Source: Candidatus Omnitrophota bacterium (lineage in GTDB: Bacteria > Omnitrophota > Gorgyraeia > Duberdicusellales > 4484-171). Taken from it: a stretch of DNA of 64,000 nt. This document shows positions 30,480 through 40,708 of the stretch, in pieces (within the stretch, counting starts at the first letter, position 1; every line of letters begins with the position of its first letter). The notes below the pieces were generated by a model. It was not told the origin of the DNA, did no database searches, and saw nothing but the letters and a program-made list of their open reading frames with translations. Where the stretch lies: the NCBI GenBank assembly GCA_037146775.1, contig JBAWWL010000002.1, positions 262,554 to 326,553 of the forward strand. The letters run 5' to 3'. The translations under genes were made by a program, and so were the position numbers.

Positions 30480-31958
30480 ATGCAGGTAGAGCATAATTCT
30501 TTACACACCGTTATTAGGATACAAGCCTTAGAATCTGTAAGGTGGACTTTTTTAGCCGAAGTCATCTCGCGGTTAATACAACCAATAGTTACTTTGATTC
30601 TTGCTCGCATTTTGTTACCAGAAGATTTTGGCCTTATTAGCATAGCAATGATTGTTATTGGGCTTGCTCAGCAATTCCAAGACTTTGGATTCGGGAAAAC
30701 ATTAATTCAGCGAGAAAATGAAATAGAGAAATCTGCTAACATAATTTTTTTATTAAATATTGCGTTTTCATTTATTCTGTATGGAATAATTTTCATTATC
30801 GCCCCTTTGGTCGCAAAGTTTTTTCATAATCAAAACGCAACTATTGTATTACGAATATTAAGCCTGCAAGTTATTTTGATTAGTTTTAGTATTGTTCAAC
30901 AGGCGTTACTTAGAAGAAATTTTAAATTTAAGGAGCTTTTTTTTATTAGAATTATTTCAGCATTATTCCCTGGTTTTGTTTCGATAGCCTTAGCCCTGTC
31001 AGGTTTCGGCGTATGGGCTTTAGTCTTTGGTGCGATAGCTAGTTCGGTTTTGCAAGCCTATCTTTTATGGAAATTAAGTTTATGGAGACCTAGAATATGT
31101 TTTGATTTTTCTTTGGCTTGGGAATTATTCCATTTTAGCAAATGGATAAGCTTAGAGATGTTTTTTGGATGGCTAATACTTTGGGGAGATTCTATAATAC
31201 TTGGTTATTTTCTTGGCGTAAAGGATTTGGGTATTTATCGTGTAGGGATAGCATGTTTGATATTAGTCTTTGATGTTATTTTTAATCCTTTACTGCCAGT
31301 ACTATTTTCCTTTTTTTCAAGATTGCAGCATGATGCAAAACGATTAAGACAGGAGTTTATCGCGATAAATAGGTTGGTGGCTTTAGTGTCATTACCACTA
31401 GGTGCAGGGTTATTATTTTTTGCACCCACTATTTCTCTTATGGTATTCGGACAAAAATGGTTAGGAATCGACATGGTTATTGGTTTGCTTGGTATTATGT
31501 ATGGTGTTGGATGGCTTGTAGGTATTAATCCAGAAATATATCGTGCTATAGGTAGACCAGATATACAGCCAAAATTATTAATGATAAGCGTATTATTTTA
31601 TATTCCGGTTTACATAGTTTTTGCGCGCTATGGGCTTTTCCAATTCTGCCTAGCAAGATTGGCATTGGCCATATTAATGATACCGTTTCATTTATGGATT
31701 TGTAGTAAGGTCATGAACATTGCTATATTCAAACTAGTACAAAATATGCTTCGTCCATCAGCCGGGGTCTTAATTGCATTAGGGTTAGTTTATCTTACTG
31801 ACAAGTTTATATTTTTAGGAACTTTTATTTGGTATCAGAATTTGCTCGCAATTTTATTATACTTGGCATTTTATATATTTCTTATGTGGATATTTGATAG
31901 AAAATTTATCCGAATAATCTATGTGCTGGCTAAAACAGTTATGGTTAATTTATCCTAA
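30480..31958 (+). CDS. wzx: Polysaccharide flippase (Wzx, WzxC-like)
   Basis: LARILLPEDFG, DFGFG..LIQ, GFGVWALV; multi-TM. Confidence 0.85.
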   Translation: MQVEHNSLHTVIRIQALESVRWTFLAEVISRLIQPIVTLILARILLPEDFGLISIAMIVIGLAQQFQDFGFGKTLIQRENEIEKSANIIFLLNIAFSFILYGIIFIIAPLVAKFFHNQNATIVLRILSLQVILISFSIVQQALLRRNFKFKELFFIRIISALFPGFVSIALALSGFGVWALVFGAIASSVLQAYLLWKLSLWRPRICFDFSLAWELFHFSKWISLEMFFGWLILWGDSIILGYFLGVKDLGIYRVGIACLILVFDVIFNPLLPVLFSFFSRLQHDAKRLRQEFIAINRLVALVSLPLGAGLLFFAPTISLMVFGQKWLGIDMVIGLLGIMYGVGWLVGINPEIYRAIGRPDIQPKLLMISVLFYIPVYIVFARYGLFQFCLARLALAILMIPFHLWICSKVMNIAIFKLVQNMLRPSAGVLIALGLVYLTDKFIFLGTFIWYQNLLAILLYLAFYIFLMWIFDRKFIRIIYVLAKTVMVNLS

Positions 31959-31986
31959 GATATTTTTCAAGATTATATTTATTTTA

Positions 31987-32709
31987 ATGGACAAAAAATT
32001 TGAATGTTATCGTGATTGGGAATACAAAAGATTAGGCGATTATCACAGAAATTTAGACCCTAATTGGTCTTATACGCCTACCTATCTTGTAAAGATGAAA
32101 TATATAAGAAATTATCTTCATTCTTTGCCGAAAAATCTTAGAATTCTTGATGCTGGGTGTGGTGAGGGAGTTTTAGTTGAAGAGTTTCTCACAAAAGGCT
32201 ATCAAATTACGGGTATAGATTTAAATTATGAAAGCGAATATGTGCAGCGCGCAGATATCTTGCATTTGCCTTACCCCGATAATACTTTTGATGTTATTTT
32301 GATGCTTGACATGATTGAACATATAAGCTTTGAGGATCAACCCCGAGCGCTTAGCGAGGCAAAACGTGTATTACGGCCGGACGGCGCGCTTGTAATGAGC
32401 GTTCCTAACCTAGTGCATCTAAATTCTCGGGTGCGCAATCTTTTAACCGGTAAATTCGACCGGACAGATAAAGAAGAAAATCATCCCGGTGAGCGGCCGT
32501 ATAAAGAAAACATAATGCTTTTAACGAACGCCGGTTTTGACATTAAAAAAATTAAAGGTATTACTCTCACTATGCCGTTTATTTATAGAGGAATTATTTG
32601 TCGTAGACCAGCTCGTTTTAGATGGTTGCACGATATTTTAAATATTTTTGCGATTCCCCAATTAGCTATGATTAATATTTTCGTTTGCAAGAGTATAAGT
32701 GGGTATTAA
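31987..32709 (+). CDS. Class I SAM-dependent methyltransferase
   Basis: LDAGCGEG, DMIEH, RVLRPDG, SVPN; ATG 31987 preferred to 31921. Confidence 0.85.
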   Translation: MDKKFECYRDWEYKRLGDYHRNLDPNWSYTPTYLVKMKYIRNYLHSLPKNLRILDAGCGEGVLVEEFLTKGYQITGIDLNYESEYVQRADILHLPYPDNTFDVILMLDMIEHISFEDQPRALSEAKRVLRPDGALVMSVPNLVHLNSRVRNLLTGKFDRTDKEENHPGERPYKENIMLLTNAGFDIKKIKGITLTMPFIYRGIICRRPARFRWLHDILNIFAIPQLAMINIFVCKSISGY

Positions 32710-33346
32710 AGATCGTGTAGATATAATGTCACTAAAAAGATGGCGTTTTAAAGATTTTCTTATTAATCATGGCCTAATTATTACATATATTAGATTTATT
32801 TTAAGAGGATACAGAAAATACTTTAATATCTTTACTCACTTAAGAAAAAAAGAGCGGTTGCTTCTTTATAAACTCGCCCTTTCTCTTAAAAAGAATTCAA
32901 TCATAGTTGAAATAGGAAGTTATCTTGGCTCAAGCGCTGCATTTTTAGCTTGTGCAGCTAAAGATAGAGGCCACATGGTTTATTGTGTGGACACATGGAA
33001 GAATGAAGGTATGAGCGAGGGGTCGAGGGATACCTTTGCAGAATTTTGTATAAATATAGCATCGATACAGAGTTATATTCGTATTTTACGAGGCAATTCA
33101 GCAGAAATAGCAAGAACTTTTGATAGAGGAATCGATCTTCTTTTTATTGATGGTAACCACTCATATGATGGCGTAAAACAAGACGTAGAATTGTGGCTAC
33201 CAAAATTAAAAGATAATGGCATAATTATATTTCACGACGTAGCTTGGGAGGAAGGCGTGCAAAAAGTAATTAATGAATATATCCAGCCGATAGTGGAAGA
33301 AAGGGCTATATTAGCTAATACATATTGGGCAAAAGTAAAAAAATGA
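32699..33346 (+). CDS. Class I methyltransferase (Methyltransf_24-like)
   Basis: VEIGSYLGSS, VDTW, FIDGNHSY, FHD. Confidence 0.85.
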   Translation: MGIKDRVDIMSLKRWRFKDFLINHGLIITYIRFILRGYRKYFNIFTHLRKKERLLLYKLALSLKKNSIIVEIGSYLGSSAAFLACAAKDRGHMVYCVDTWKNEGMSEGSRDTFAEFCINIASIQSYIRILRGNSAEIARTFDRGIDLLFIDGNHSYDGVKQDVELWLPKLKDNGIIIFHDVAWEEGVQKVINEYIQPIVEERAILANTYWAKVKK

Positions 33347-35505
33347 ATAACATTAAGTTTTCTGTTATCATTCCTACTCATACAAGGACAGCATTGCTTT
33401 TAGGCGCGATAAAAAGTTTAGAAAAACAGACAATGAATAATTATGAAGTCATAATTGTTGATAATGCTTGTTCTGAAGAGGTAAAAACTATTGTTGAGGC
33501 TAACTACAAGAGTTTCGCTGCGAAGGGTTCAGCAATAAAATATATTCCAGAGCCAAAAATCGGCCTGCATAATGTGCGGCATCGAGGAGCAAAAGCGGCG
33601 CGGGGAGATATTTTAGTTTATATTGATGACGATGTTATCTGTGATGAGAATTTATTAGATGAAATTTTAAAACCGTATAGCGATTCAAATGTTGGTTGTG
33701 TAGGAGGTAAAATCTTGCCTAAGTGGGAGGTAATCCCTCCCGAATGGATACATAAGTTTCCCAAATGGTATTTGAGCCTACTGGATGACGACGAAGGCCC
33801 AAAAGAGAAACAATGGTTATACGGATGTAATTTTTCTATCCGTAAGAGCTTACTCTTTGAGCTCGGGGGTTTCAATCCCGATTCTTTTTACGATAAAAAG
33901 ATGTGGTGGGCTAGGGGCGATGGGGAAATAGGGCTTTTGCGAAAAGTGCATATTTTAGGCAAGAAAGTTATTTATAATCCTCGTGCTATTGTTTGGCATT
34001 TTATACCAAAGGAAAGATTGGCTATTGAGTTTTTCCAGTCGCGTGCATTTAAAAGCGGCGTAGAAACTTCTTTTACGAAATATCATTACAGCCCTCGATT
34101 AATTCATTTATTTCGCCTCTTACCGCGGGCTGCCGCTTTTGGGCTTACTTCGATTTTCTGTAGTATAGAAGCAATTTTGCTTAAAACCAATCGTTTTAAG
34201 GATAAGGTAAATTCGGCTTATTATAAAGGCCGCTGTTTTTACGAATGGAGATTAGCTGTAAATAAAGAATTACAGCAGTTTATAAAACAAAAAAATTGGA
34301 TTGATAATTCAACAAACGTACTGAAAAACACTAGCCACAGTATTGCACTTGTTCTAAATGGAGAAAAGCCGTTAAGTACGTATCCTTCAGTATGTAATAC
34401 TGCTCGATTAATGGCTGAGAATGGCTATGATATTACTTTATTCATTAGAGAAGATATGAAAGTCGATTGTACATTCAAAAATATAAAAATTATTAAATTT
34501 AAAAAAACTTTTCCTTCCGTATACGGTTTATTTAAAATATTAACTTGTTATGCAAAAGAATTTGACCTTCTTATCCCTTTTCATCCTGAAGAATTAATCG
34601 CCGTAGGATTAGCGAGTTTCATATGCAGGGTGCCTTTTATTTATTTTTGCTTAGAAATTATTGATTTTGATGAAATAAAAACTTTTAAGGCAAGAATACG
34701 CAAGCATTTTGAAGTACTCTTTAACAAAAATGCTGTCGCCACAATTGTTCAGGATGATGTACGAAAAGAGTTGATTAAAAAAGTTAATAAAATAGATAAC
34801 GCAAATATATTCTGCGTTCCAAATTCTTATATAGGGGTGGTAAAAGATAAAAGTGATTATTTAAGGCGTAAGTATAATATCGAAAAAGAAAAAACAGTTA
34901 TATTGTATGCTGGCGCCCTTGAGCGCTGGGCAATAGACGTTTCGCTCATTGAAGGCATCAGGCAGTGTAATGAAAATTGTGTTTTTGTTTTGCACGGGTG
35001 GAGTTATGACGGTTTCCTTGGAACGTTAAAACCATTAATTTCTACGTGTAATGAATCCAGTAAGAAAATTTATCTTTCATTGGATGTCGTTGGGGAAGAA
35101 GAATACAGCCAGCTTGTTTCATCCGCAGATATAGGTTTAGTTTGGTACAGAAGAGATTTTTCAAATAACGTTTCCAAGGTCGGCTTATCCTCTGGTAAAT
35201 TTGCCTCTTTTTTACGATGCGGTGTCCCGATTATTATCCCGGTATATCTTGAGGAACTCAAAAGTCTTATTAACAAATATAACATAGGTAGTATGGTTGA
35301 GAATGAATTTGGAATTAAAAAAGGTATAGAATCTATATTAATTAATTATAGTTCTTGCCGAGAAAATGCTTTTAAATTTTCTTCCCAACATCTTGATTTT
35401 AGTAAGAATTTCAATTGTATTTTAAAGTGGCTAAATATTTATCTAGGCAGTAAGCACGGTGTAAAAATATATAACAATGAAAATACCACGTTTTCAGAAA
35501 ATTAA
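33343..35505 (+). CDS. Fused GT2 + GT-B glycosyltransferase
   Basis: N-terminal IVDN, YIDDD, GCNFS; C-terminal ILYAG, ADIGL, SSGK..GVPII. Confidence 0.8.
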   Translation: MNNIKFSVIIPTHTRTALLLGAIKSLEKQTMNNYEVIIVDNACSEEVKTIVEANYKSFAAKGSAIKYIPEPKIGLHNVRHRGAKAARGDILVYIDDDVICDENLLDEILKPYSDSNVGCVGGKILPKWEVIPPEWIHKFPKWYLSLLDDDEGPKEKQWLYGCNFSIRKSLLFELGGFNPDSFYDKKMWWARGDGEIGLLRKVHILGKKVIYNPRAIVWHFIPKERLAIEFFQSRAFKSGVETSFTKYHYSPRLIHLFRLLPRAAAFGLTSIFCSIEAILLKTNRFKDKVNSAYYKGRCFYEWRLAVNKELQQFIKQKNWIDNSTNVLKNTSHSIALVLNGEKPLSTYPSVCNTARLMAENGYDITLFIREDMKVDCTFKNIKIIKFKKTFPSVYGLFKILTCYAKEFDLLIPFHPEELIAVGLASFICRVPFIYFCLEIIDFDEIKTFKARIRKHFEVLFNKNAVATIVQDDVRKELIKKVNKIDNANIFCVPNSYIGVVKDKSDYLRRKYNIEKEKTVILYAGALERWAIDVSLIEGIRQCNENCVFVLHGWSYDGFLGTLKPLISTCNESSKKIYLSLDVVGEEEYSQLVSSADIGLVWYRRDFSNNVSKVGLSSGKFASFLRCGVPIIIPVYLEELKSLINKYNIGSMVENEFGIKKGIESILINYSSCRENAFKFSSQHLDFSKNFNCILKWLNIYLGSKHGVKIYNNENTTFSEN

Positions 35506-36385
35506 GGAAATTAGCTCAAAGCCATGCTTTGACGAAAAAACTATACTTGACAGGGATTCTTCATATCCCAGAATAAGTATAATTACCCCTTCCTTAAACC
35601 AGGTAAAGTTTCTTGAAAGAACCATTCTTTCGGTATTAAACCAGAATTATCCTAACCTCGAGTATATTATTATTGACGGCGGGTCTTCGGACGGTAGCGT
35701 TGATGTAATAAAAAAATATGAAAAATATATTAGTTATTGGGTTAGTGAGTCAGACAGGGGTCAGGCTGACGCCATCAATAAAGGGTTTAAAAAGGCCAGC
35801 GGTGATTTGGTTGCTTGGCAGAATTCAGATGATATATACTTGCCGGGAGCTTTTCAGGAAATTGCTAAAGAATATAAAAAAAGGAGTGGCGAAGCGGTAT
35901 ATTTTGGCGATATTATTTTTATCGACGATACTGACAATATCCTAAGCATATATAAATTGTTACCTTTTGACTTTTTCAGCAATCTTTTTGAAGGTCCTCA
36001 AGCTCCTACTCAATCTACTTTTTTTAAAAAAGAGGTCTTTTCAAAGATCGGATTTTTAAGAGATGATTATGCTTTTTCATTCGACTATGAGTATCTATGC
36101 CGAATAGGATATAATAAGCTTAAGTTTAAGCATTTAGACTGTTTTCTTGGTTGTTTTAGATTGCATAAGAATTCTAAAACTTCTCAGATAAAAGAAATAG
36201 GCAAAAAAGAGCATAATTCTATCCAAGATTATTATATAAAAGTAGCCGGCTCTAAATGCCCTAAGTCGCTGGGGTATTTGTTTTGTAGAGCGAGAAAATG
36301 GTTAATTCTATTTTTCAGAGGAGATTTTAAGTATATAATTTATAAAATATATTCAAAATATGAAAATAAAGCAAGTCTTTATTAA
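35477..36385 (+). CDS. Glycosyltransferase family 2
   Basis: ITPSLNQ, IDGGSSD, GQADAINKG, NSDD. Confidence 0.9.
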   Translation: MKIPRFQKIKEISSKPCFDEKTILDRDSSYPRISIITPSLNQVKFLERTILSVLNQNYPNLEYIIIDGGSSDGSVDVIKKYEKYISYWVSESDRGQADAINKGFKKASGDLVAWQNSDDIYLPGAFQEIAKEYKKRSGEAVYFGDIIFIDDTDNILSIYKLLPFDFFSNLFEGPQAPTQSTFFKKEVFSKIGFLRDDYAFSFDYEYLCRIGYNKLKFKHLDCFLGCFRLHKNSKTSQIKEIGKKEHNSIQDYYIKVAGSKCPKSLGYLFCRARKWLILFFRGDFKYIIYKIYSKYENKASLY

Positions 36386-37595
36386 CATAGCACTACTGAT
36401 TTTTAGTTTTATTATCTTTATGCTGATGTTGGAGTTTATTCTTAGGGGAGTTAATCTCTGCTATGGACTAAAATATATGTCAAACCACCATAGCGCTTTT
36501 TGTGAATATGATCGTCTTTTGGGATGGAGGCATAAAACAAATATTGAAAATATATTTTTAACAAGTGAATTCTCAACGCGACTACGTTTTAATTCGAAAG
36601 GTATCCGCGGGCCAGAATATTCTTACGATAAAGACAAAGATGAATTTCGAATACTCATCATGGGGGATTCATTTGCTGAAGGCTACGCAGTTAATTTTAA
36701 TGAGCTATTCTCTGAAGTTATGAAAGATAGATTAGAAAATAGAGGGGTCCGTTGCGAAGTTATAAATGCTGGTGTTGGGGGCTACAGCACAGACCAGGAG
36801 TTGCTTCTTTTTCAAAGCGAAATGAAAAAATATAAGCCCGATTTAACAATATTGATGTTTTGCTCGAATGATATTTGGTATAACAATCAACCGAGATATT
36901 CACGCGGTTATAAACCATATTTTGTGCTTAATGATGGTAAACTTATTTTAAAAAATGTTCCGGTTCCCCCTCCGGATAATATTAAAAATTTAAAGGATGC
37001 AAAAGAGCATAAAATGGAATTATCGCTAATGCTCGGCAAAAAATGGCTTTCCCGTCATTCATATTTATATCATTTTATTATAGAAAGAGTCAAGAATGTG
37101 GGTTGGCTGTATGAGGCGGCGATAAAACTTAATTTAGTAACTTCGCCCGAGGGTAGCGTATTGATTCCAGATGAATTCAAGGTTTTTGAAAAACAGTACG
37201 ATAGCGTAGTTTCTAACGCTTGGAAAGTTACGGAAGCGTTACTTGTTGAGTTCCGTAGAGAAGCAGTTGCCGTTAATAGCAGGTTTATCGTATTTTATAT
37301 TCCTGGTTCAGCGAATATTTATGTAAAAGAATGGGAAGATACAAAGAAAAAATATAATATTTCTAGTGAATTCTGGAGTACTGACCGGGTTGGAATTGAG
37401 CTGGGCATTATTTGTAAAAAGAATAATATTGATCTAGTTGATTCCACGGAACCCATGAAAATTGCGTCAAATGAACTTACGAAGAATAATGAGGGATTAT
37501 ATTATGTCAAAGATGGCCACTGGAACATTAAGGGGAATAAGCTTGTCGGCGAACTCCTGGCTGAGCTTATTTATTCCGGTTACACAAATAGATAA
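36360..37595 (+). CDS. SGNH/GDSL hydrolase family protein with N-terminal TM (possible O-acetyl transfer)
   Basis: GDSF, NAGVGGY, ND, DGHW. Confidence 0.8.
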   Translation: MKIKQVFINIALLIFSFIIFMLMLEFILRGVNLCYGLKYMSNHHSAFCEYDRLLGWRHKTNIENIFLTSEFSTRLRFNSKGIRGPEYSYDKDKDEFRILIMGDSFAEGYAVNFNELFSEVMKDRLENRGVRCEVINAGVGGYSTDQELLLFQSEMKKYKPDLTILMFCSNDIWYNNQPRYSRGYKPYFVLNDGKLILKNVPVPPPDNIKNLKDAKEHKMELSLMLGKKWLSRHSYLYHFIIERVKNVGWLYEAAIKLNLVTSPEGSVLIPDEFKVFEKQYDSVVSNAWKVTEALLVEFRREAVAVNSRFIVFYIPGSANIYVKEWEDTKKKYNISSEFWSTDRVGIELGIICKKNNIDLVDSTEPMKIASNELTKNNEGLYYVKDGHWNIKGNKLVGELLAELIYSGYTNR

Positions 37596-37657
37596 AAGTA
37601 GAGATAGTTCGATTTATTAGCAATTAATTTGTGACATATTAAACAGAAGGTTTCATC

Positions 37658-38797
37658 ATGCTATCTTTTATTTTTTGTTTATCATTGTTTATGTTGTTTT
37701 ATACATTTATCGGCTATGGACTTTTAATTTTTCTACTGTCTCGAATTCTTAATAAAAAAACCGATAAGAAAATATTTCTTCCAAGGATTTCTATTCTAAT
37801 CGCTGCCCATAATGAAGAAAAGGCAATCGAGCAGCGTATAAAAAACATTCTTTCCTTAGATTATCCCAAGGAACAATTGGAGTTAATTATTATTTCAGAT
37901 GGTTCAACTGACCGCACGGTTGAAATAATTAAGCAATTGAAGGTAGAAAATTTAAGGTTCATTCAGCAAGAAGAAAGAATCGGAAAAGTTTCTTGTTTAA
38001 ATAAAGCTGTACCGCTATGTAGCGGAGAAATTGTTGTATTTAGTGATGTGCGGCAGCGTTTTGAACTAAATGCAATCAAGGAATTAACTGCACATTTTGC
38101 TGATACGAAGGTTGGTGTGATGAGTGGAGAATTGTGTTTTGAAGATGAGGGAAAGACTATAACTGGAGAAGGAGTGGATTTTTATTGGAAGTATGAGAAA
38201 TTCCTGCGTAAAGCTGAAAGTAAGTTAGATTCAATGGTTGGCGCGACCGGTGCAATTTACGCTATCAGAAAAAACCTTTTTAAACCGATACCTGCAGACA
38301 TTCTGCTCGATGATGTATTAATTCCTATGAATATTGTTATGCAGGGGTTTAGATGTGTTTTTGAACCAAAAGCCCTTGCTTATGATCATGTAGCCAGAAC
38401 CGGTCATGAGGAAGCAAGGAGAAAAATTAGGACTATTGCCGGAAATTTTCAGCTATTTTTTAGGTTACCGCAATTGCTCAATCCTTTTAAGAATCGAATT
38501 TGGTTTCAGGCCTTTTCGCATAAGTTTCTGCGCCTTATCGCGCCAATTTTTATAGTTTCTCTTTTAATATCCAATATATTTCTTATGAACAAGCCAATAT
38601 TTAAAATATTTTTAACATTGCAGGTACTTTTTTATGTTTTTGTAATCATCGGATATATTTTGCGCAGGGTTAATTTGCGGTGTAGAATATTTTCTATTCC
38701 TTACGCATTTATGTTGCTTAATCTTATTACCGTGAGGGCATTTTGGGAGTATTTATTTTTTAAGCCGGAGAGGATATGGAGAACAGGAGAAAAGTAG
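37658..38797 (+). CDS. Membrane GT2 (cellulose synthase/IcaA-like)
   Basis: AAHNEE, SDGSTD, YWKYE, GATGAIYAIR, DD, SHKFLR. Confidence 0.85.
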   Translation: MLSFIFCLSLFMLFYTFIGYGLLIFLLSRILNKKTDKKIFLPRISILIAAHNEEKAIEQRIKNILSLDYPKEQLELIIISDGSTDRTVEIIKQLKVENLRFIQQEERIGKVSCLNKAVPLCSGEIVVFSDVRQRFELNAIKELTAHFADTKVGVMSGELCFEDEGKTITGEGVDFYWKYEKFLRKAESKLDSMVGATGAIYAIRKNLFKPIPADILLDDVLIPMNIVMQGFRCVFEPKALAYDHVARTGHEEARRKIRTIAGNFQLFFRLPQLLNPFKNRIWFQAFSHKFLRLIAPIFIVSLLISNIFLMNKPIFKIFLTLQVLFYVFVIIGYILRRVNLRCRIFSIPYAFMLLNLITVRAFWEYLFFKPERIWRTGEK

Positions 38798-39040
38798 ATA
38801 GTATGTAGTATAGAGTATATAGTTATATAGTGGGGAAATGACAAGCGTGAATGGTCATTCGCCTTGCCACACACTATTTACGATGTACGATATGCTACGT
38901 ATAGGGAAGGGGTCAAACCTCAAAACTAAAGAATAAAGATTAAAGTGCTGATGAGCGGTAACGTTTTAAAATCAAATATTAAATATTAAATAGCAAATAT
39001 TAAAGTTGAGACCAAGATAGGGAAAAGGGAAAATTAAAAA
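38795..39040. repeat. Composite spacer: A forward, A reverse, E, F, AAATATT tract
   Basis: TAGATAGTATGTAGTATAGAGTATATAG; CACTATTTACGATGTACGATATGCTACG; 38904-38947 matches 40051-40094 with 4 mismatches. Confidence 0.75.
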
Positions 39041-39051
39041 AAGGAGAGGAG

Positions 39052-40023
39052 ATGGGGAAGCAAAAAGTCAAAAAAGTTTTAGTCTGCGGAGCGGGAGGGT
39101 TTATTGCAAGTCACTTGGTAAAAAGGCTGAAAAAAGAAGGGTTTTGGGTGAGAGGGGTGGATATAAAATACCCGGAATTTTCTAAAACGCACGCTGATGA
39201 ATTCTTACGTTTAGATTTGCGCGAGAAGAAAAATGCTGACAAAGCCTTAAAACTGAAGACAGGAAATTTTGATGATGTTTATCAGTTGGCCGCGGATATG
39301 GGTGGAATGGGATTTATTCATTCGGCAGAATGTGAAATTATGCGTAACAACGCATTTATAAACTTGAATATGATTGATTCTGCGTCTAAGAGTGGAATAA
39401 AACGCTATTTCTTTTCTTCTTCGGTCTGCATTTATCGGGATATGAAGATAGGCGAACCGGAGTTGACCGAAGAGCAAGCTTATCCGGCATTGCCAGATAA
39501 TGAATATGGCTGGGAGAAGCTTTATGCTGAGCGTACGGCGTTAACATATGGCAGGAAGTGTGGTTTTAAGGTGCGTATTGCCCGTTTTCAAAACTGCTAT
39601 GGCCCGGAAGGCACCTGGCAGGGAGGAAGAGAAAAAGCTCCGGCAGCCTTGTGTCGTAAAGTCGCCCAGGCGAAAGATGGCGGAACCGTTGAAGTGTGGG
39701 GTAATGGTACGGCTGTACGCTCTTATACTTATGTTGAGGATATGCTTGAAGGTATTAGGCGGCTAGTTGAGTCAGATTTAGAGGGGCCTACTAACATTGG
39801 TTCGCCAGAATATGTTTCGGTGAAGGAGCTGGTTGATACGGTAGCTAAAGTCTCCGGAAAAAAATTTACTATTAAATGGATAGAAGGGCCGGTTGGCGTG
39901 CAATCTAGGAATTTCAGCAATAAGAAAATCTATTCCACCGGTTGGCGTTCGAAGTTTTCTTTGGAAGAAGGAATTAGGCAAACTTATCTATGGATAGAGA
40001 AACAAGTGAAGGATAGTAGATAG
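39052..40023 (+). CDS. NAD-dependent epimerase, GDP-mannose 3,5-epimerase-like
   Basis: GAGGFIASHL, LAADMGGMGFI, YGWEK, GREKAPAALCRK, GV..RN. Confidence 0.85.
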   Translation: MGKQKVKKVLVCGAGGFIASHLVKRLKKEGFWVRGVDIKYPEFSKTHADEFLRLDLREKKNADKALKLKTGNFDDVYQLAADMGGMGFIHSAECEIMRNNAFINLNMIDSASKSGIKRYFFSSSVCIYRDMKIGEPELTEEQAYPALPDNEYGWEKLYAERTALTYGRKCGFKVRIARFQNCYGPEGTWQGGREKAPAALCRKVAQAKDGGTVEVWGNGTAVRSYTYVEDMLEGIRRLVESDLEGPTNIGSPEYVSVKELVDTVAKVSGKKFTIKWIEGPVGVQSRNFSNKKIYSTGWRSKFSLEEGIRQTYLWIEKQVKDSR

Positions 40024-40330
40024 TCGTGAGTATGTAGTATTGAGTAGAGAGGGGAGGGGTCAAACCTCAAAACTAAAAACTAAAAATTAAAGTGATACCA
40101 AACGGTGACGGTCGCTCGCCTCGATTCGTTCGGCGAAGCGGGCGACGCTCGTTTCGGATTACGTATAAAGGCAACGTACATAGTATAGCGTATATAGTTA
40201 GGGAGAAAGTATGTAGTACAGAGTACATAGTATATCGTGGTGGCAGAAGAAAAATTTAAATATATTTTGTATACTCCGCTACATGCTATGTATGATATAC
40301 AACATACCATGGACGATATACGACATACAA
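40021..40330. repeat. Composite spacer: A, E, F with GC hairpin, A forward, A reverse
   Basis: TAGTCGTGAGTATGTAGTATTGAG; hairpin GTCGCTCGC..GCGGGCGAC 40111-40146; reverse arm ATATACAACATAC..GATATACGACATAC. Confidence 0.75.
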
Positions 40331-40345
40331 TAAAAACTTAAAAGT

Positions 40346-40708
40346 ATGCTAAAACACATCACAATCGGAATATTTATACCTTATTGCATCTTTTTATTCT
40401 TTTATATTAAAAATGGCTTTAGGGTGGATAGCAGAAAGTTGGCCAGATTACCGTTTCTTCTTTTATTGTGCGCCATTTGGAGTTTTATGCCAAGCATCTT
40501 AAGCAAACTGCATTTATGGCCGTTAAGTGCGATCGCTAATAACTTTTATATCAGCAATATTTTTTTCTTCTACGGAATATTACGTAAAATCGGTCATAGT
40601 GGTTCTACTTTCGGGTTGGGCGTGGTTCTATGTATCTTTTTTTCTCTCGCGATTATCTATGCGAGGTATTTACGAGCGCAGGAGCGAGAAATTAGCAATA
40701 GTATATAG
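40346..40708 (+). CDS. Small membrane protein, paralog of the N-terminal domain of 41211-42389
   Basis: About three hydrophobic segments; HITIG..P, CAIW..PSI, IFFFYG align with HVAVG..P, CALW..PDI, VFFFHG. Confidence 0.65.
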   Translation: MLKHITIGIFIPYCIFLFFYIKNGFRVDSRKLARLPFLLLLCAIWSFMPSILSKLHLWPLSAIANNFYISNIFFFYGILRKIGHSGSTFGLGVVLCIFFSLAIIYARYLRAQEREISNSI

